Of a stretch of 64,000 nucleotides of DNA, positions 1 to 10,190 are shown piece by piece. The notes below the pieces were generated by a model. It worked only from the letters and a program-made list of their open reading frames with translations, searched no databases and was not told the origin of the DNA. A program made the translations under genes and the position numbers. Origin of the DNA: Thaumasiovibrio occultus (lineage in GTDB: Bacteria > Pseudomonadota > Gammaproteobacteria > Enterobacterales > Vibrionaceae); assembly GCA_019703815.1 (NCBI GenBank), contig AP023053.1, forward strand, positions 46,995 through 110,994. Reading direction: 5' to 3'. The first letter of the stretch is position 1; every line of letters begins with the position of its first letter.

Positions 1-864
1 GCCACACACATCGTATTGTCGATAAGGGGCGCAAACCGCCGGACGTTCAATTACTTCATAATCAGCCAGATCGCTAAGCGATAATAGGCCGGGGTTATCA
101 CTTGCCCCTTGCACTGCATCGATGATCGCCGCACCAATCTCGCCTTGGTAAAACGCAGCTTCACCTTCTTTCGCTAACTGCGATAAGGTGGCGGCGTAGG
201 CAGGATTTTTCAGTACGTCCCCCGCTTGCAGTGGCTCGCCTTGCGCGTCAAAAAAGTACTCGCGGGTATCGGGATAGTGGTGCAGTCGCTCCACATCGGC
301 TTCGATCGCGCCGGCAAGGCGTGGCGAAACCACAAAGCCCCCTTCAGCTTGGGTGATCGCTGGAGCGAGTAAGTTTTCCCATGTTTGATTGCCGTATCGC
401 TGATGCAGGGAAGCCATCAATTTGACGGTACCGGGGGTGCCAACCGAGCGCCCGCCGACGACAGCACTGAAAAAGGCCAGCGGCTCGCCGTTGTCATCAA
501 GAAACAGCTCAGAAGTGGCAGCTTGTGGCGCGGTTTCGCGGCCATCAAACGTGGTGAGCTTGCCGGTTTTGGCGTCGTAGTAAATCACAAAGCCACCGCC
601 GCCGAGGCCAGACGATTGCGGCTCGGTAAGCCCTAGCATGGTTTGCGCTGCGACCATCGCATCAATCGCATGACCACCATTCTCCAGCACTGCAAAACCA
701 GCATCTGTGGCGTAAGGGTTGGCGGTGGCAATCATAAATTCAGTGGCGGTGACTTCGGTTTTGTTGGTGAGTCCGCTGGCACTTTCTGGGGCTATCTCGT
801 CAGTCACTTGTTCGGCCTGCGCGCTTCCTACCGCTAGGCCCAACACGATTAAATATTTTTTCAT
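1..864 (-). CDS. ggt: gamma-glutamyltranspeptidase (partial; C-terminal part lies beyond window start)
   Basis: Reverse-strand translation from 864 begins MKKYLIVLGLAVGSAQA with signal peptide, then GGT family blocks (ATANPYATDAG, MVAAQTMLGLTEPQSSGLGGGGF, TFDGRETAP). The ORF runs off position 1. Confidence 0.85.
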   Translation of the reverse strand, partial: MKKYLIVLGLAVGSAQAEQVTDEIAPESASGLTNKTEVTATEFMIATANPYATDAGFAVLENGGHAIDAMVAAQTMLGLTEPQSSGLGGGGFVIYYDAKTGKLTTFDGRETAPQAATSELFLDDNGEPLAFFSAVVGGRSVGTPGTVKLMASLHQRYGNQTWENLLAPAITQAEGGFVVSPRLAGAIEADVERLHHYPDTREYFFDAQGEPLQAGDVLKNPAYAATLSQLAKEGEAAFYQGEIGAAIIDAVQGASDNPGLLSLSDLADYEVIERPAVCAPYRQYDVCG

Positions 865-1184
865 GAATAGATTTCCTTTCTCTGCCTGATCATCAGCTTA
901 GCGCGGTTTTGAGTGATCGCTAAAAAAAGGAGTGGAGCTAGATCGCAAACTTTGGCCTTTTGACTGGCTGCCGACAAAGGCTGATATATCTTCGACCGAT
1001 ATAAAAAGAAGGCCAATCTGCGAACCGTGCTGACTGTAGCTGTTCTGTTTTTGGCGGATGGTTTTTGGTCAGCGCATTTTCGTTTGTTATCAGTAGATGT
1101 AGCACCGTGTGGCGATAGCCGTTTTCTGTAGTCGCTAAATTTTCTGTAATGGCGATGTTCCCTGTAAATGTAAGGCATCAAACA

Positions 1185-2201
1185 ATGTTGAAGATGATCA
1201 AATCGGCAGGTCTTTGCTTAATCGCTTTTACTCCTTTTGCCAGTGCGCTTGAAGGCGTGGCCTTTTCCCATGGTGACTGGGAGTTGGCGTGTGATAACAC
1301 CGGTACTTGCCGCGCGGTGGGCTACCACAAAGGGTATGAAGGCAATACGTTATCTGTGCTGTTTGAGCGCGAGGCTGGCGTTAATTCGCCCGTTCAGGGG
1401 TACGTTTTGTTTGGGGTGCAACAAGAGCCTGTTGGCCCGACGACTTTGTCTATCAATGGACGCGATTATCCGACGATGGCACAGATTGACGCGGCAACTG
1501 GCGCGTATCCGTTAACGCCAGTGCAAGTTTATGCACTGTTGGACGCGCTAACCGGCACCAGTGTGATTGAATGGCGTGATGGCCAATCGGTATGGACGTT
1601 ATCCGATGCGGGGTCGACGGCGGTACTGCTGAAAATGGATGAGTTTCAGCAGCGTGTCGGTACGCCAACTGCGTTAGTTAAAGCGGGCGCGAATTCGACA
1701 ACCGGCATTTTAGCGCCTCAGCCATTGCCGGTTGTCGAGATCCCGCTGTATCCGCCGACATCAGAGGCGGATCGCCAAATACTGGCTCAGCCTGATCTTA
1801 TCGAAGCACTTTATGCTAGCGCGGATTATTGCGATCTGTTACTCAATGAAACGCCAGAGCTCGAACTTTGGCGGGTGAGCGAAACCAAAGTGGCGATTTC
1901 AGCGCAATGTTGGATGGCCGCTTATAACTGGGGCGCGGGTGTCTGGTTGCGTGATGATAAGAGCGGCGAGATTGAGTTTGTCACTGATGCAGCGACCGAC
2001 ATGGCCGATGGCATGATCTTTTCTGTGCAGAAAGGACGCGGGATCGGCGATTGTTTTGGCGCAAAAGAGTGGGCTTGGGATGGTGAGCAATTCGTGCCAA
2101 CGGCAGTGTTCACCACCGGTCAATGCCGCAGTGTGGTTTGGGGCGGTGCATGGCGATTGCCGACGCTAACCAGTCAAACGATTCCGCCAAGCAACAACTA
2201 G
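1185..2201 (+). CDS. secreted Cys-containing hypothetical protein (DUF1176-like)
   Basis: 350 aa ORF. Internal start MLKMIKSAGLCLIAFTPFASA gives a signal peptide. Conserved Cys pairs. No enzymatic motif recognised. Confidence 0.55.
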   Translation: MLKMIKSAGLCLIAFTPFASALEGVAFSHGDWELACDNTGTCRAVGYHKGYEGNTLSVLFEREAGVNSPVQGYVLFGVQQEPVGPTTLSINGRDYPTMAQIDAATGAYPLTPVQVYALLDALTGTSVIEWRDGQSVWTLSDAGSTAVLLKMDEFQQRVGTPTALVKAGANSTTGILAPQPLPVVEIPLYPPTSEADRQILAQPDLIEALYASADYCDLLLNETPELELWRVSETKVAISAQCWMAAYNWGAGVWLRDDKSGEIEFVTDAATDMADGMIFSVQKGRGIGDCFGAKEWAWDGEQFVPTAVFTTGQCRSVVWGGAWRLPTLTSQTIPPSNN

Positions 2202-2250
2202 AAATCGGGGTCATACCCGCAAGGATTAGTCGAAACAAAGGGAGCAGGGA

Positions 2251-2937
2251 ATGGAAACCGTATTGATCACAGGAGCAAATCGTGGCATTGGACTGGCGTT
2301 GACCGAGGTCTTTTTAGCACAGGGAAAACGGGTGATAGCGACCTGTCGTCAGCCTGAAGCCGCGAGCGCCTTACAGGCGCTACATTCGCAAGGTGAGCTG
2401 ACTATTTTACCGCTCGAAGTCACCGCGGCGGCCTCCATCAGTGAGTTAGCCACATCGTTGCAAGGACAAGCGATTGATATTGTCTTTAATAACGCGGGCG
2501 TGCTCGGCGGTGAGCAGCAATCGGTTGACGAGATGGATATTGCCGATTGGGCAAACGTGCTGGCTATCAATACCATTGCGCCGTTTCAACTGAGTGTGGC
2601 GCTAAAGCCCAACTTACTCCTATCCAAACGGCCTCGTTTGATCACCATTTCGAGTTCAATGGGATCGCTGGCAGGCACCTCGACCAACATGTATAGCTAT
2701 CGTAGCTCGAAAGCGGCGGTCAACAAGGTGATGCAAGTGTTGTCGAATGAATGGGCAGCAGACGGGATCATCGTGTGTCCAGTGCACCCGGGCTGGGTTC
2801 GCACGGATATGGGTGGGGCCGACGCTGATATTTCCGTGGAGGAATCGACCTCAGGACTCGTGGCGTTGGCAAACAACTTAACCGCCGCACAGTCGGGTCG
2901 GTTTTGGTCGTACGACGGCGAAGAATTGCCATGGTAA
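2251..2937 (+). CDS. short-chain dehydrogenase/reductase (SDR) family oxidoreductase
   Basis: N-terminal TGANRGIGLAL Rossmann motif, NNAG, catalytic YRSSK (YxxxK). Length 228 aa. Confidence 0.85.
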   Translation: METVLITGANRGIGLALTEVFLAQGKRVIATCRQPEAASALQALHSQGELTILPLEVTAAASISELATSLQGQAIDIVFNNAGVLGGEQQSVDEMDIADWANVLAINTIAPFQLSVALKPNLLLSKRPRLITISSSMGSLAGTSTNMYSYRSSKAAVNKVMQVLSNEWAADGIIVCPVHPGWVRTDMGGADADISVEESTSGLVALANNLTAAQSGRFWSYDGEELPW

Positions 2938-3089
2938 TGCCGGTAAAAACAGGGTGACTTGGGCTGTGTTTTGCCGGGTTAATTCCAATTATTGCTATCT
3001 ATATTGTTGAAAGTAATGCAAAAATTTGGATCTTTCGTTTTTCGGGTTCTACGCTTGTTAGGTGTGGTGATCAATAGCAAGGAGACAAC

Positions 3090-3833
3090 ATGATTTCGGT
3101 AAATGAACATTCTCAAACGGTGACGCGCCCTGCCTCAGAGAGCACAGCAACGCTTCACGAGTTTCTTCGCCTATTGCGCCTCAATCACTTTAACGCCGCG
3201 CCGATGCCAATCGCGCTTGATGAGGAGCACGAAACCTTAAGTTTAGTCGCAGGTAAGACGTTCGATTCTGTGCTAGACGCAGAGATGGGCAGTGAACAAG
3301 CGCTGATCTCAGCGGCAAGATTACTGCGTCAGTTCCATGATGCCAGCGCGAAAACGCTAAAATACTTGCCAGCAGTGCAGCATTGGTCGCTACCCGTTCG
3401 CCAGCCGGTGGAAGTGATCTGTCATGGTGATTTTGCGCCGTACAACGTGGCGTTAGCAGGCGGTGAAGTGAAGGGGGTGTATGACTTTGATACAGCGCAC
3501 CCTGCACCAAGAGTCTGGGATCTGGCATACGCTTTGTATTGCTGGTGCCCGTTTAAAACCGCCGACGGCGATCGCATGGGCGATATTGAATCGCAAATTG
3601 CTCGTGCTGTGCTGTTTTGTCAGCACTACGGCGCTGATGCTGCGCAACGTGAAGCTTTGGTGGAAACCATGATCGCTCGCCTTGATGCGTTGATCTCTTT
3701 TATGGAAGAGCAAGCGAAGCATAACCCTAAATTTGCGCAGAACATCGCAGACGGCCATCATTTGGCATATCAGCAGGACATGGCCTATCTCAAAGCGCAT
3801 CGCGATAAAATCACGACCGCGTTAGTGAAGTAA
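3090..3833 (+). CDS. phosphotransferase enzyme family protein (APH/homoserine-kinase-II-like)
   Basis: HGDFAPYNV (HGDxxxxN catalytic loop) and downstream DFD motif. 247 aa. Confidence 0.75.
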   Translation: MISVNEHSQTVTRPASESTATLHEFLRLLRLNHFNAAPMPIALDEEHETLSLVAGKTFDSVLDAEMGSEQALISAARLLRQFHDASAKTLKYLPAVQHWSLPVRQPVEVICHGDFAPYNVALAGGEVKGVYDFDTAHPAPRVWDLAYALYCWCPFKTADGDRMGDIESQIARAVLFCQHYGADAAQREALVETMIARLDALISFMEEQAKHNPKFAQNIADGHHLAYQQDMAYLKAHRDKITTALVK

Positions 3834-3860
3834 TTCAGTAAGTTCACAATCAGGTATTGT

Positions 3861-3875
3861 AGTGGTGCGGAAACA
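3861..3875. terminator. bidirectional rho-independent terminator
   Basis: GGGGCGTGACGCCCC hairpin flanked by AAAAAA upstream and TCTTGGTTT downstream. Lies between convergent genes. Confidence 0.7.
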
Positions 3876-3965
3876 AAAAAGGGGCGTGACGCCCCTCTTG
3901 GTTTCAAAGCGGATCAGTGAACTGATTGCTAGCTCATTATTGAGCGTATCAGCGACGTGCTCGAT

Positions 3966-4292
3966 TTAGCCTTCGCTGCTTTCTTCTGTCGTGTCATCTA
4001 CCGCTGCCTGCGGCTCAGCTGCGTTTTCCGCTGTTGCTGGCTCGTCAGGGGTGTGGTTTTGGCGGAAGTATTCCCATTGCTCGACAGACTCACCATTAGG
4101 CAAGTCGCAATAGGTCATTCGGACATCCTCTTCAGTCACAGTGCGCAAAGCGCCATCTTGTTCGACACAAAAAACTGCCGCTGGGTTGGCAAGCGTGGTG
4201 CGCGTGACAACTTCTTGGCGATCGCCGCCTGTAAGATAACAACCTGAAAGTAGGGCTGCTGGGATCAAAAATGCCAGGGGTAATTTGCGCAT
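3966..4292 (-). CDS. DUF333-like lipoprotein (putative hemolysin family)
   Basis: MRKLPLAFLIPAALLSGC lipobox. ANPAAVFC...G and YCDLPNGESVEQWEYFRQ motifs typical of DUF333. Confidence 0.65.
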   Translation of the reverse strand: MRKLPLAFLIPAALLSGCYLTGGDRQEVVTRTTLANPAAVFCVEQDGALRTVTEEDVRMTYCDLPNGESVEQWEYFRQNHTPDEPATAENAAEPQAAVDDTTEESSEG

Positions 4293-4826
4293 AAGAGGTT
4301 CTGCTCCTTTGAATATAGAAAAAGCCAGACAGGAGTCTGGCTCATAACTCCGTCAGATTACATAGTAAGCGGCCAAGACGGAGAGCGCAAAACACAAGCG
4401 AGTTCGAATGGTCTTTTATGCTTTGGGTCACACTCTAACGTGTGATTGTTGCGAAAACATTAAATTGATCACGCTTTATAAAGACGCGAGTGTCTTTTTG
4501 TTTGTCAATTCGTGACTGGTTTTAATTAAAACTGCAGGGGTGACGAAGAAACAAACAAATCTACGCTTCGTTTTTCAACTTGTGCTACTGCGTCGGCGTT
4601 GGCTAACTTTTGGTTCTGCGAGTGAACCGAAATTATCGGCGGAATAAAGCGATGCGTGGCTGTCTCTGCCTTAAGCTCTCGCCCCTTAGCGGCGACTACT
4701 TGAGCGCTCAATAATTTACGTGATAGAGGTCGCGGCGTGAGCAAATCCTCTGGGTATCTCGATCTTTTCCTTTAATATTAATAGGGGATAGGGTAAGTTC
4801 GGACGCGATGTCATAGGGGACGATAC

Positions 4827-5306
4827 ATGGATAAACATGATGAAGTGCTGATTGCACTGCGGCAAATCATCCGAGCGATCGATCTGCATTCTCGTAAGTT
4901 GAGTAAAGAGACGGGGCTGACGGGGCCACAATTGTTGTTAATGCGTGAGATCCGCTCTGCTGGGGAAGTCACCATTCGCCAACTGTCGAAAAACACCAAC
5001 ATGAGTCAAGCTACCGCGACCACCATCCTTGATCGCCTTGAAAGCCGTAATCTAGTGACCCGCCAACGAAGCTCACTCGATAAGCGTAAAGTGCATGCCT
5101 ACCTCACCGAGCAAGGCGCGAAAGCGCTGGAAGGTTCACCCGAGCCCCTGCAAGAGCATTTTATTCAGCAATTTAATAATCTCGAAGTGTGGGAGCAGTC
5201 GCTGCTGTTATCCTCGGTGCAACGTATTTCGCGCATGATGAACGCCGAGCACCTTGATGTGGTGCCTATGATGTGGGCCGGCAGCATGACCGAGCACGAG
5301 CATTGA
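4827..5306 (+). CDS. MarR family transcriptional regulator
   Basis: 159 aa. Winged-HTH region LTGPQLLLMREIRSAGEVTIRQLSKNTNMSQATATTILDRLESRNLVTRQRSSLDKRKV. Confidence 0.8.
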   Translation: MDKHDEVLIALRQIIRAIDLHSRKLSKETGLTGPQLLLMREIRSAGEVTIRQLSKNTNMSQATATTILDRLESRNLVTRQRSSLDKRKVHAYLTEQGAKALEGSPEPLQEHFIQQFNNLEVWEQSLLLSSVQRISRMMNAEHLDVVPMMWAGSMTEHEH

Positions 5307-5462
5307 TTTCTTGAATAATGATCAGTGTTAGTTATCTCTTGCATAGCACGGTTCTGGTTGAGGTTACGCCATAACGGATTCGAAGCGAGTAGGGAAAAGT
5401 GGCTAAGCTGAAGTACCTAAGTTGAAATGACTGAGCCGAAATAACTAAGAAAGAGATAAAAA

Positions 5463-5485
5463 GAACCCCGCTGAGTGCGGGGTTC
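5463..5485. terminator. bidirectional rho-independent terminator
   Basis: GAACCCCGC-TGAGT-GCGGGGTTC hairpin with A-run upstream and T-rich downstream. Between convergent marR-like and yjf-like operons. Confidence 0.65.
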
Positions 5486-5536
5486 GTTGTTTCTGGCTGT
5501 TTGAAGCGTCTGCTCATTTCAAAAGCAATTAAGGTG

Positions 5537-6232
5537 TTAACCACCCCAACCGCGAGACGAAGAACGACTGCTGCTCCAGCTACTGCGGCTAGAAGAGCGG
5601 CTGTTCGACGCGCTAGAGCGGTTGCTGCTACTCCACGATGAACGAGCTTGCGCTGTTGAACCAAAGCCACCACGAGAGATGGTACGTGCCACGGTCGGTT
5701 TTGGCTCTAGGTCACGGCTTGTCACGGTGACAGTGCGAGCTGAACCTTTGCTAGAGCCGTAGCGATGGCCGTCGGCACTCGACCACGTATCGTAGTAACG
5801 GCTCGATGGCACTGAGCTGTAGTACATTGGCTGCGAGTAGTAACGACGATCGTTTAGCATTCGCGCAAACATGAAGCCGGCCATTGCTGGCATAAACCAT
5901 GACTGATTCGACGATGCGCTTGCCTGTGGCAAACCGGCATTGGCCATGCTGACGCAAGCTTCTTTACCGAAATCGGCTTCACAATCTTCAATCGATGCGT
6001 ATTTAGGCGCGGTACGTTGCGCTTCCAATAATGCATTCACGTAGGCGATTTCACACTGCTCAGCGCGGGTTGGGTTTTCTGACTGACAGTCATCAAGAGA
6101 CTTGTAAATCACCGCTTTGGTCTCAGGATCGCCACTACAACCTGCCAATACAGCGGCGGTGATTGGTGCAATCGAGAAATAGCGCCAGCTCTTGCGGTAA
6201 CGGGCTAAATTGACTTGGGTACTGCGTTTCAT
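5537..6232 (-). CDS. DUF1190 (YjfM-like) protein with Ser/Arg-rich low-complexity C-terminus
   Basis: Lipoprotein-like N-terminus (LAGCSGD). Position as last gene of yjfI-yjfM-like cluster. C-terminal SSSRSS repeats. Confidence 0.6.
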   Translation of the reverse strand: MKRSTQVNLARYRKSWRYFSIAPITAAVLAGCSGDPETKAVIYKSLDDCQSENPTRAEQCEIAYVNALLEAQRTAPKYASIEDCEADFGKEACVSMANAGLPQASASSNQSWFMPAMAGFMFARMLNDRRYYSQPMYYSSVPSSRYYDTWSSADGHRYGSSKGSARTVTVTSRDLEPKPTVARTISRGGFGSTAQARSSWSSSNRSSASNSRSSSRSSWSSSRSSSRGWGG

Positions 6233-6241
6233 TTTACCCCC

Positions 6242-6655
6242 TTAGAAGCTCATGCTCGCTGCATTGAGCATACCGACCGCGATAGACGTCGCTGCCAAGA
6301 CAATGGCCGCCGGAACTTCATCATTGGTAATGCGTTCAATCAACTTTGGCATAAAGACAAAGCGGACCATAAAGAAGGTTAAGATCTGTGCGATCAGCGC
6401 AACAAGACCCCAAACAGCGTAGTCAACCCAGTCGATAGAGGCCGAAGCGGCGCCCGCAATCGCGATGCTGTAACCGACAAATGCACCGGCGTAGGCGACG
6501 GCGGCAGCCGTATTCTTTTCTTTGATCAGCTTCCACTCATCGTGTGGGGTGATGAAGGTGTAAACCAGCTTGAAAATCATCAAGAAGACCAGAGACAGGC
6601 CAAAGTACAATAGAAAGCCCGGTAGTCCGGTTAACGAGTCTAAAATTAACATCAT
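6242..6655 (-). CDS. DUF350 (YjfL-like) small membrane protein
   Basis: 137 aa, four hydrophobic helices. Conserved cluster position. Confidence 0.6.
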   Translation of the reverse strand: MMLILDSLTGLPGFLLYFGLSLVFLMIFKLVYTFITPHDEWKLIKEKNTAAAVAYAGAFVGYSIAIAGAASASIDWVDYAVWGLVALIAQILTFFMVRFVFMPKLIERITNDEVPAAIVLAATSIAVGMLNAASMSF

Positions 6656-6663
6656 AAATCCTT

Positions 6664-7299
6664 TTAACCGATAATCTTAAAATCGGTGGGGGTGAGATCA
6701 AAGCCAGTGCTAAGAGCGACACAACGCTCTGCGCGGTTATTGAGGATCTGCTCTTCGGCAGAAACCAAAAGGTATTCATCGTGATCAGCGTTCGCTTCAC
6801 GCGCATACAACATGATGAACTGATCGGTTTCGCTGGTCACCGTTTCGCTCGTCCACGTTTTTTCGGTCATCGCCACTGGTGCGGTGTTGTCCCAGCTTTT
6901 GTGGAAGGTTTGTCCATCCAATTCGCTGGTCGCTTGCACTACCTTGTGATTGAGCCATTCATCCCACGCGGTATTGCCATCGACTGGCAACGTTTCATAG
7001 AAGTAGAACAGCTTTACCTCAGCAACGTCAGCATCGTCCACGCCACCGTCTTGCAGCACTTGAATGAAGCCGTCGTCATCGGTGTAGAAACGGAGAATAC
7101 GGGTGTTGTTGTCCAATTGAACAAGGCCTACGGCTTTGATCAGTTGCGTTGTTGCCGCGCCTTCGATAGTTAGATCAGGCTCTAGCAGGCGCATTTTTAG
7201 CGCGTCGAGTTCAATCGCGCCGCCAAGCTTTAAACCCAGCACTTGGGGTGGTGGATCGAGTGGCGTTTCCGGTTTTTTCTTTTTAAACCAATCGAACAT
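6664..7299 (-). CDS. DUF2491 (YjfK-like) protein
   Basis: 211 aa acidic soluble protein in conserved position next to PspA-like gene. Confidence 0.6.
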   Translation of the reverse strand: MFDWFKKKKPETPLDPPPQVLGLKLGGAIELDALKMRLLEPDLTIEGAATTQLIKAVGLVQLDNNTRILRFYTDDDGFIQVLQDGGVDDADVAEVKLFYFYETLPVDGNTAWDEWLNHKVVQATSELDGQTFHKSWDNTAPVAMTEKTWTSETVTSETDQFIMLYAREANADHDEYLLVSAEEQILNNRAERCVALSTGFDLTPTDFKIIG

Positions 7300-7305
7300 G
7301 TGAGA

Positions 7306-8349
7306 TCACCATTGAATATTTGTGATTCGGTCATCGGCGATATAAAACAATCGCGCGCCTGATTCTACCTGAGTTTCCAACGTAGGGTTAAGTTGAGTTG
7401 GTCCGTTGGGATTGATCAAACCAATAATGGTCGCGTTGTAGTCAGATTTGAACTTGTCGAACAGATCGCGCACCAAGCAGCCGTCAAGATCCGTTGGGTA
7501 TTGCAGCGCATACTGGGTCATGCCCTTGTCAGTACTCAACAGTTCATGGTGCAGTGAGCTTGAGCCTGGATCGATTGCCGCTTTGGCCATCATTTCCGCT
7601 GACACAGAAGGAATACATTCGACGTTCGGACAGTGCTGCTTGGCTAATCCCACTAAAGCTTCATCATGGAAGTAAGCCAGAATATGGGCGTTAGTGTTAA
7701 GGCCGGAGCAATACAGCGTGGCAGATAAAGTGATGTCGTCTTCTGGGTTATCGACAAGGATAGTTTTCGCGTGGCGCAGATTGAGCTTTTCTGCGGTTGC
7801 TGGGTTGGTGAAGGTCTCGGTTCGCACAAACCCGATCTCACTTGGGAGAGGGTTCTCCATTTCCGGGCGAACGCACAACACAATCGATTGTGAGGGCTCT
7901 TTCCCGTGTTGGATCATGCGAATAAGGTCGAGAGTACGCTGGCCATTCCAGCCTAAAATAACAATGTGATCTTTCACATTTACCCCTCGCTTCCCTGTAA
8001 TGCCGGCGCGCCAGATGCTCGCAGCAAAGCCAGCAAGCTGACCAATCACAATTGCAAACAACCCTAAACCGGCGGGGATAACATATAGCAAGGTTACCCA
8101 TTTCCCCGCGACCGTTTCTGGTGACATATCACCGTAGCCGACGGTTGATGTGGTAACGATAAGAAAATAGATGAAGTCAGTGGCGGAAGCGTAGATCGCC
8201 TCTTCCCCCGCTGCCCAGTAACAAAGCCAAGCAAAAGCGGCGTAGGCCGCGAATAAGATCGCGAGACTACGCCCTGTAAGATTGACTAATTGTTGAATGA
8301 TCCACGGGCGGAAACGCGTCCACGCGTAGACCTCAGTCCACATTGCCAC
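7306..8349 (-). CDS. two-TM potassium channel with cytoplasmic RCK/TrkA-N domain
   Basis: Selectivity filter TTSTVGYGD between two TM helices. HIVILGWNGQ Rossmann-like RCK start. Confidence 0.8.
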   Translation of the reverse strand: MAMWTEVYAWTRFRPWIIQQLVNLTGRSLAILFAAYAAFAWLCYWAAGEEAIYASATDFIYFLIVTTSTVGYGDMSPETVAGKWVTLLYVIPAGLGLFAIVIGQLAGFAASIWRAGITGKRGVNVKDHIVILGWNGQRTLDLIRMIQHGKEPSQSIVLCVRPEMENPLPSEIGFVRTETFTNPATAEKLNLRHAKTILVDNPEDDITLSATLYCSGLNTNAHILAYFHDEALVGLAKQHCPNVECIPSVSAEMMAKAAIDPGSSSLHHELLSTDKGMTQYALQYPTDLDGCLVRDLFDKFKSDYNATIIGLINPNGPTQLNPTLETQVESGARLFYIADDRITNIQW

Positions 8350-8352
8350 CGG

Positions 8353-9039
8353 TTATTTGCCGAGGATGCGAGCCAGTTCGTCTTCGGCTGAAGTGCTACC
8401 TGAACCGGTAATACCTGCTTCAGCCAGTTTCTTATCCAAGCTGCTGCCGGTTGCTTCTTCATCGAGTTCAGCCGCTGCTGAAAGCTCAGCTGCGCGCAAT
8501 TCTTGACGGTTTTTGATGCGCTCTAGCGACTCGACTGCTGTCGACATCTTCGCATTGGCACCCACGCTGGTTGCAGAAACCGCCGCTTGCGCTTTTTGCA
8601 CTGCTTCGTTGGCTTTAACGACATCAACTTGTTGCTCTAGTTGACGCAGTTTGTCTTTCGCTTTGGCAACGTTGGTACGCATGCTGGTTTCTGATGATTG
8701 GAATTGATCCAAGTACGTTTGTTCAACGTCTTTTTCACCGCGTAGTTGGCTCACTTTCTGAGCACACTCTAGTGCCAACTCTTGCTGGCCTTTCTCCATC
8801 GCGTTACGCGCATGGCCTTCGTATTCTTCAATGCTGCTTTGTAGCGCATTGACTTTTTGCTCGGCGACTTTACGCTTTGCTACGATGCCAACCAAGGCTC
8901 TGTCAGAGCGCTCTAGTTCCGCTTTTGCTTCACGGATTTCTTGGTCAAGAATGCGAATTGCTTGGTTGTCAGCAATCGCTTCTGCCGCTTCGTTGGCACC
9001 GCCTTTTAGTGCGGTTACTAATTTAGTCCAGACACCCAT
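8353..9039 (-). CDS. PspA/IM30 family protein (YjfJ-like)
   Basis: 228 aa all-helical coiled-coil protein. Register and length match PspA/IM30. 3 nt after the channel gene stop. Confidence 0.8.
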   Translation of the reverse strand: MGVWTKLVTALKGGANEAAEAIADNQAIRILDQEIREAKAELERSDRALVGIVAKRKVAEQKVNALQSSIEEYEGHARNAMEKGQQELALECAQKVSQLRGEKDVEQTYLDQFQSSETSMRTNVAKAKDKLRQLEQQVDVVKANEAVQKAQAAVSATSVGANAKMSTAVESLERIKNRQELRAAELSAAAELDEEATGSSLDKKLAEAGITGSGSTSAEDELARILGK

Positions 9040-9040
9040 G

Positions 9041-9436
9041 TTACTTTCCTCCCTTTAGGTGGTCTTGATACAGCTCGAGGATTTCCTCGATATTCGCAAA
9101 TTGTGTTCCGATTTCTATCATTATGCTCTCTGCTTTTGACTGCGAAGAGAGGGAACCAAATGCAATGTAGTAGCTAATATTATTAATATTATTAATGCCC
9201 ACTGATGTTAGTGGAAACATTTTGTGTGTACGCAAGATATCTTCGTTAAATGCGTTAGGATCTTTTACCATATCCTTTTCAAATAACAGAGTTTCAACAA
9301 GAATCTGCTCGCCAGAAACTGCAACAAACGCCGTCAGGCCGTCTTCGTTGGTTACAACCAGGCTCTCACCTTGTGCTTCCACTGTCCAGCCATCGTGTTT
9401 GGCAATAATTTCTTGCAATTGTTCAGTTTGCCACAT
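9041..9436 (-). CDS. DUF2170 (YjfI-like) protein
   Basis: 131 aa. First gene of the cluster. Stop 1 nt from PspA-like start. Confidence 0.6.
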   Translation of the reverse strand: MWQTEQLQEIIAKHDGWTVEAQGESLVVTNEDGLTAFVAVSGEQILVETLLFEKDMVKDPNAFNEDILRTHKMFPLTSVGINNINNISYYIAFGSLSSQSKAESIMIEIGTQFANIEEILELYQDHLKGGK

Positions 9437-10190
9437 AATTCTCTTACCTGTATTTGGGTTGAAATGACGAACCTAAGTCGTCAGACGGTACACTTTTTAT
9501 ATGCGCTGTGTTTAACACTAAACGCGGCAACAAAGGTATCGCCTTCACGCTGAAAACGCGAGGGCAGCACAACATTATCCGTCTAACTTCACGTTGTTTC
9601 CTACCATCCCCATCATTCTTTTCAGCACTTTGTGACTGATCTCTACCTGAGTTTCACGTCGGGCAAACAGAAGGGTTTCATTACGGGGTTAGGGTGCTAA
9701 TGCGCGCTGACCACAGTGTAGCGTTTTTCCGGCAAACTGGCGCTGAATACGCTACCCACTGCCCAATTTTTTGCTGTTAAAGTAGGTTATATCAGCCTGA
9801 TTTCGTTGCTATTTGCAATAAAATCGGCACTTTTACGTATCAACAGCGGCGGTCGATTAGGACACGCTGACTTAGTTCTTTCTGGCCGCAAAAGCGATGA
9901 ATAATCTATTAAATATTTGTTTAAGGTATCTTTTCTGGTTTTTTTGTACGGGGAAATAACCTTGTCAGCAGGGGTGATTCATGTGCTTGAAAGCGGCATG
10001 TAACGTAAAAAACCATGATGCCTTGCTAGTACAGGGGAAAGATTTCACGTTCGTTACATTGGTTTTATGACTCAAGTTCATAGTATCGCTTCACGCATTA
10101 TGCATCTCAAAAAAACATCAGCCAGTATCAACTTCGACTCGATATACCGCGCATGTCGGGTTACGTGATTTGTTAAAACTGGAGAGACAA

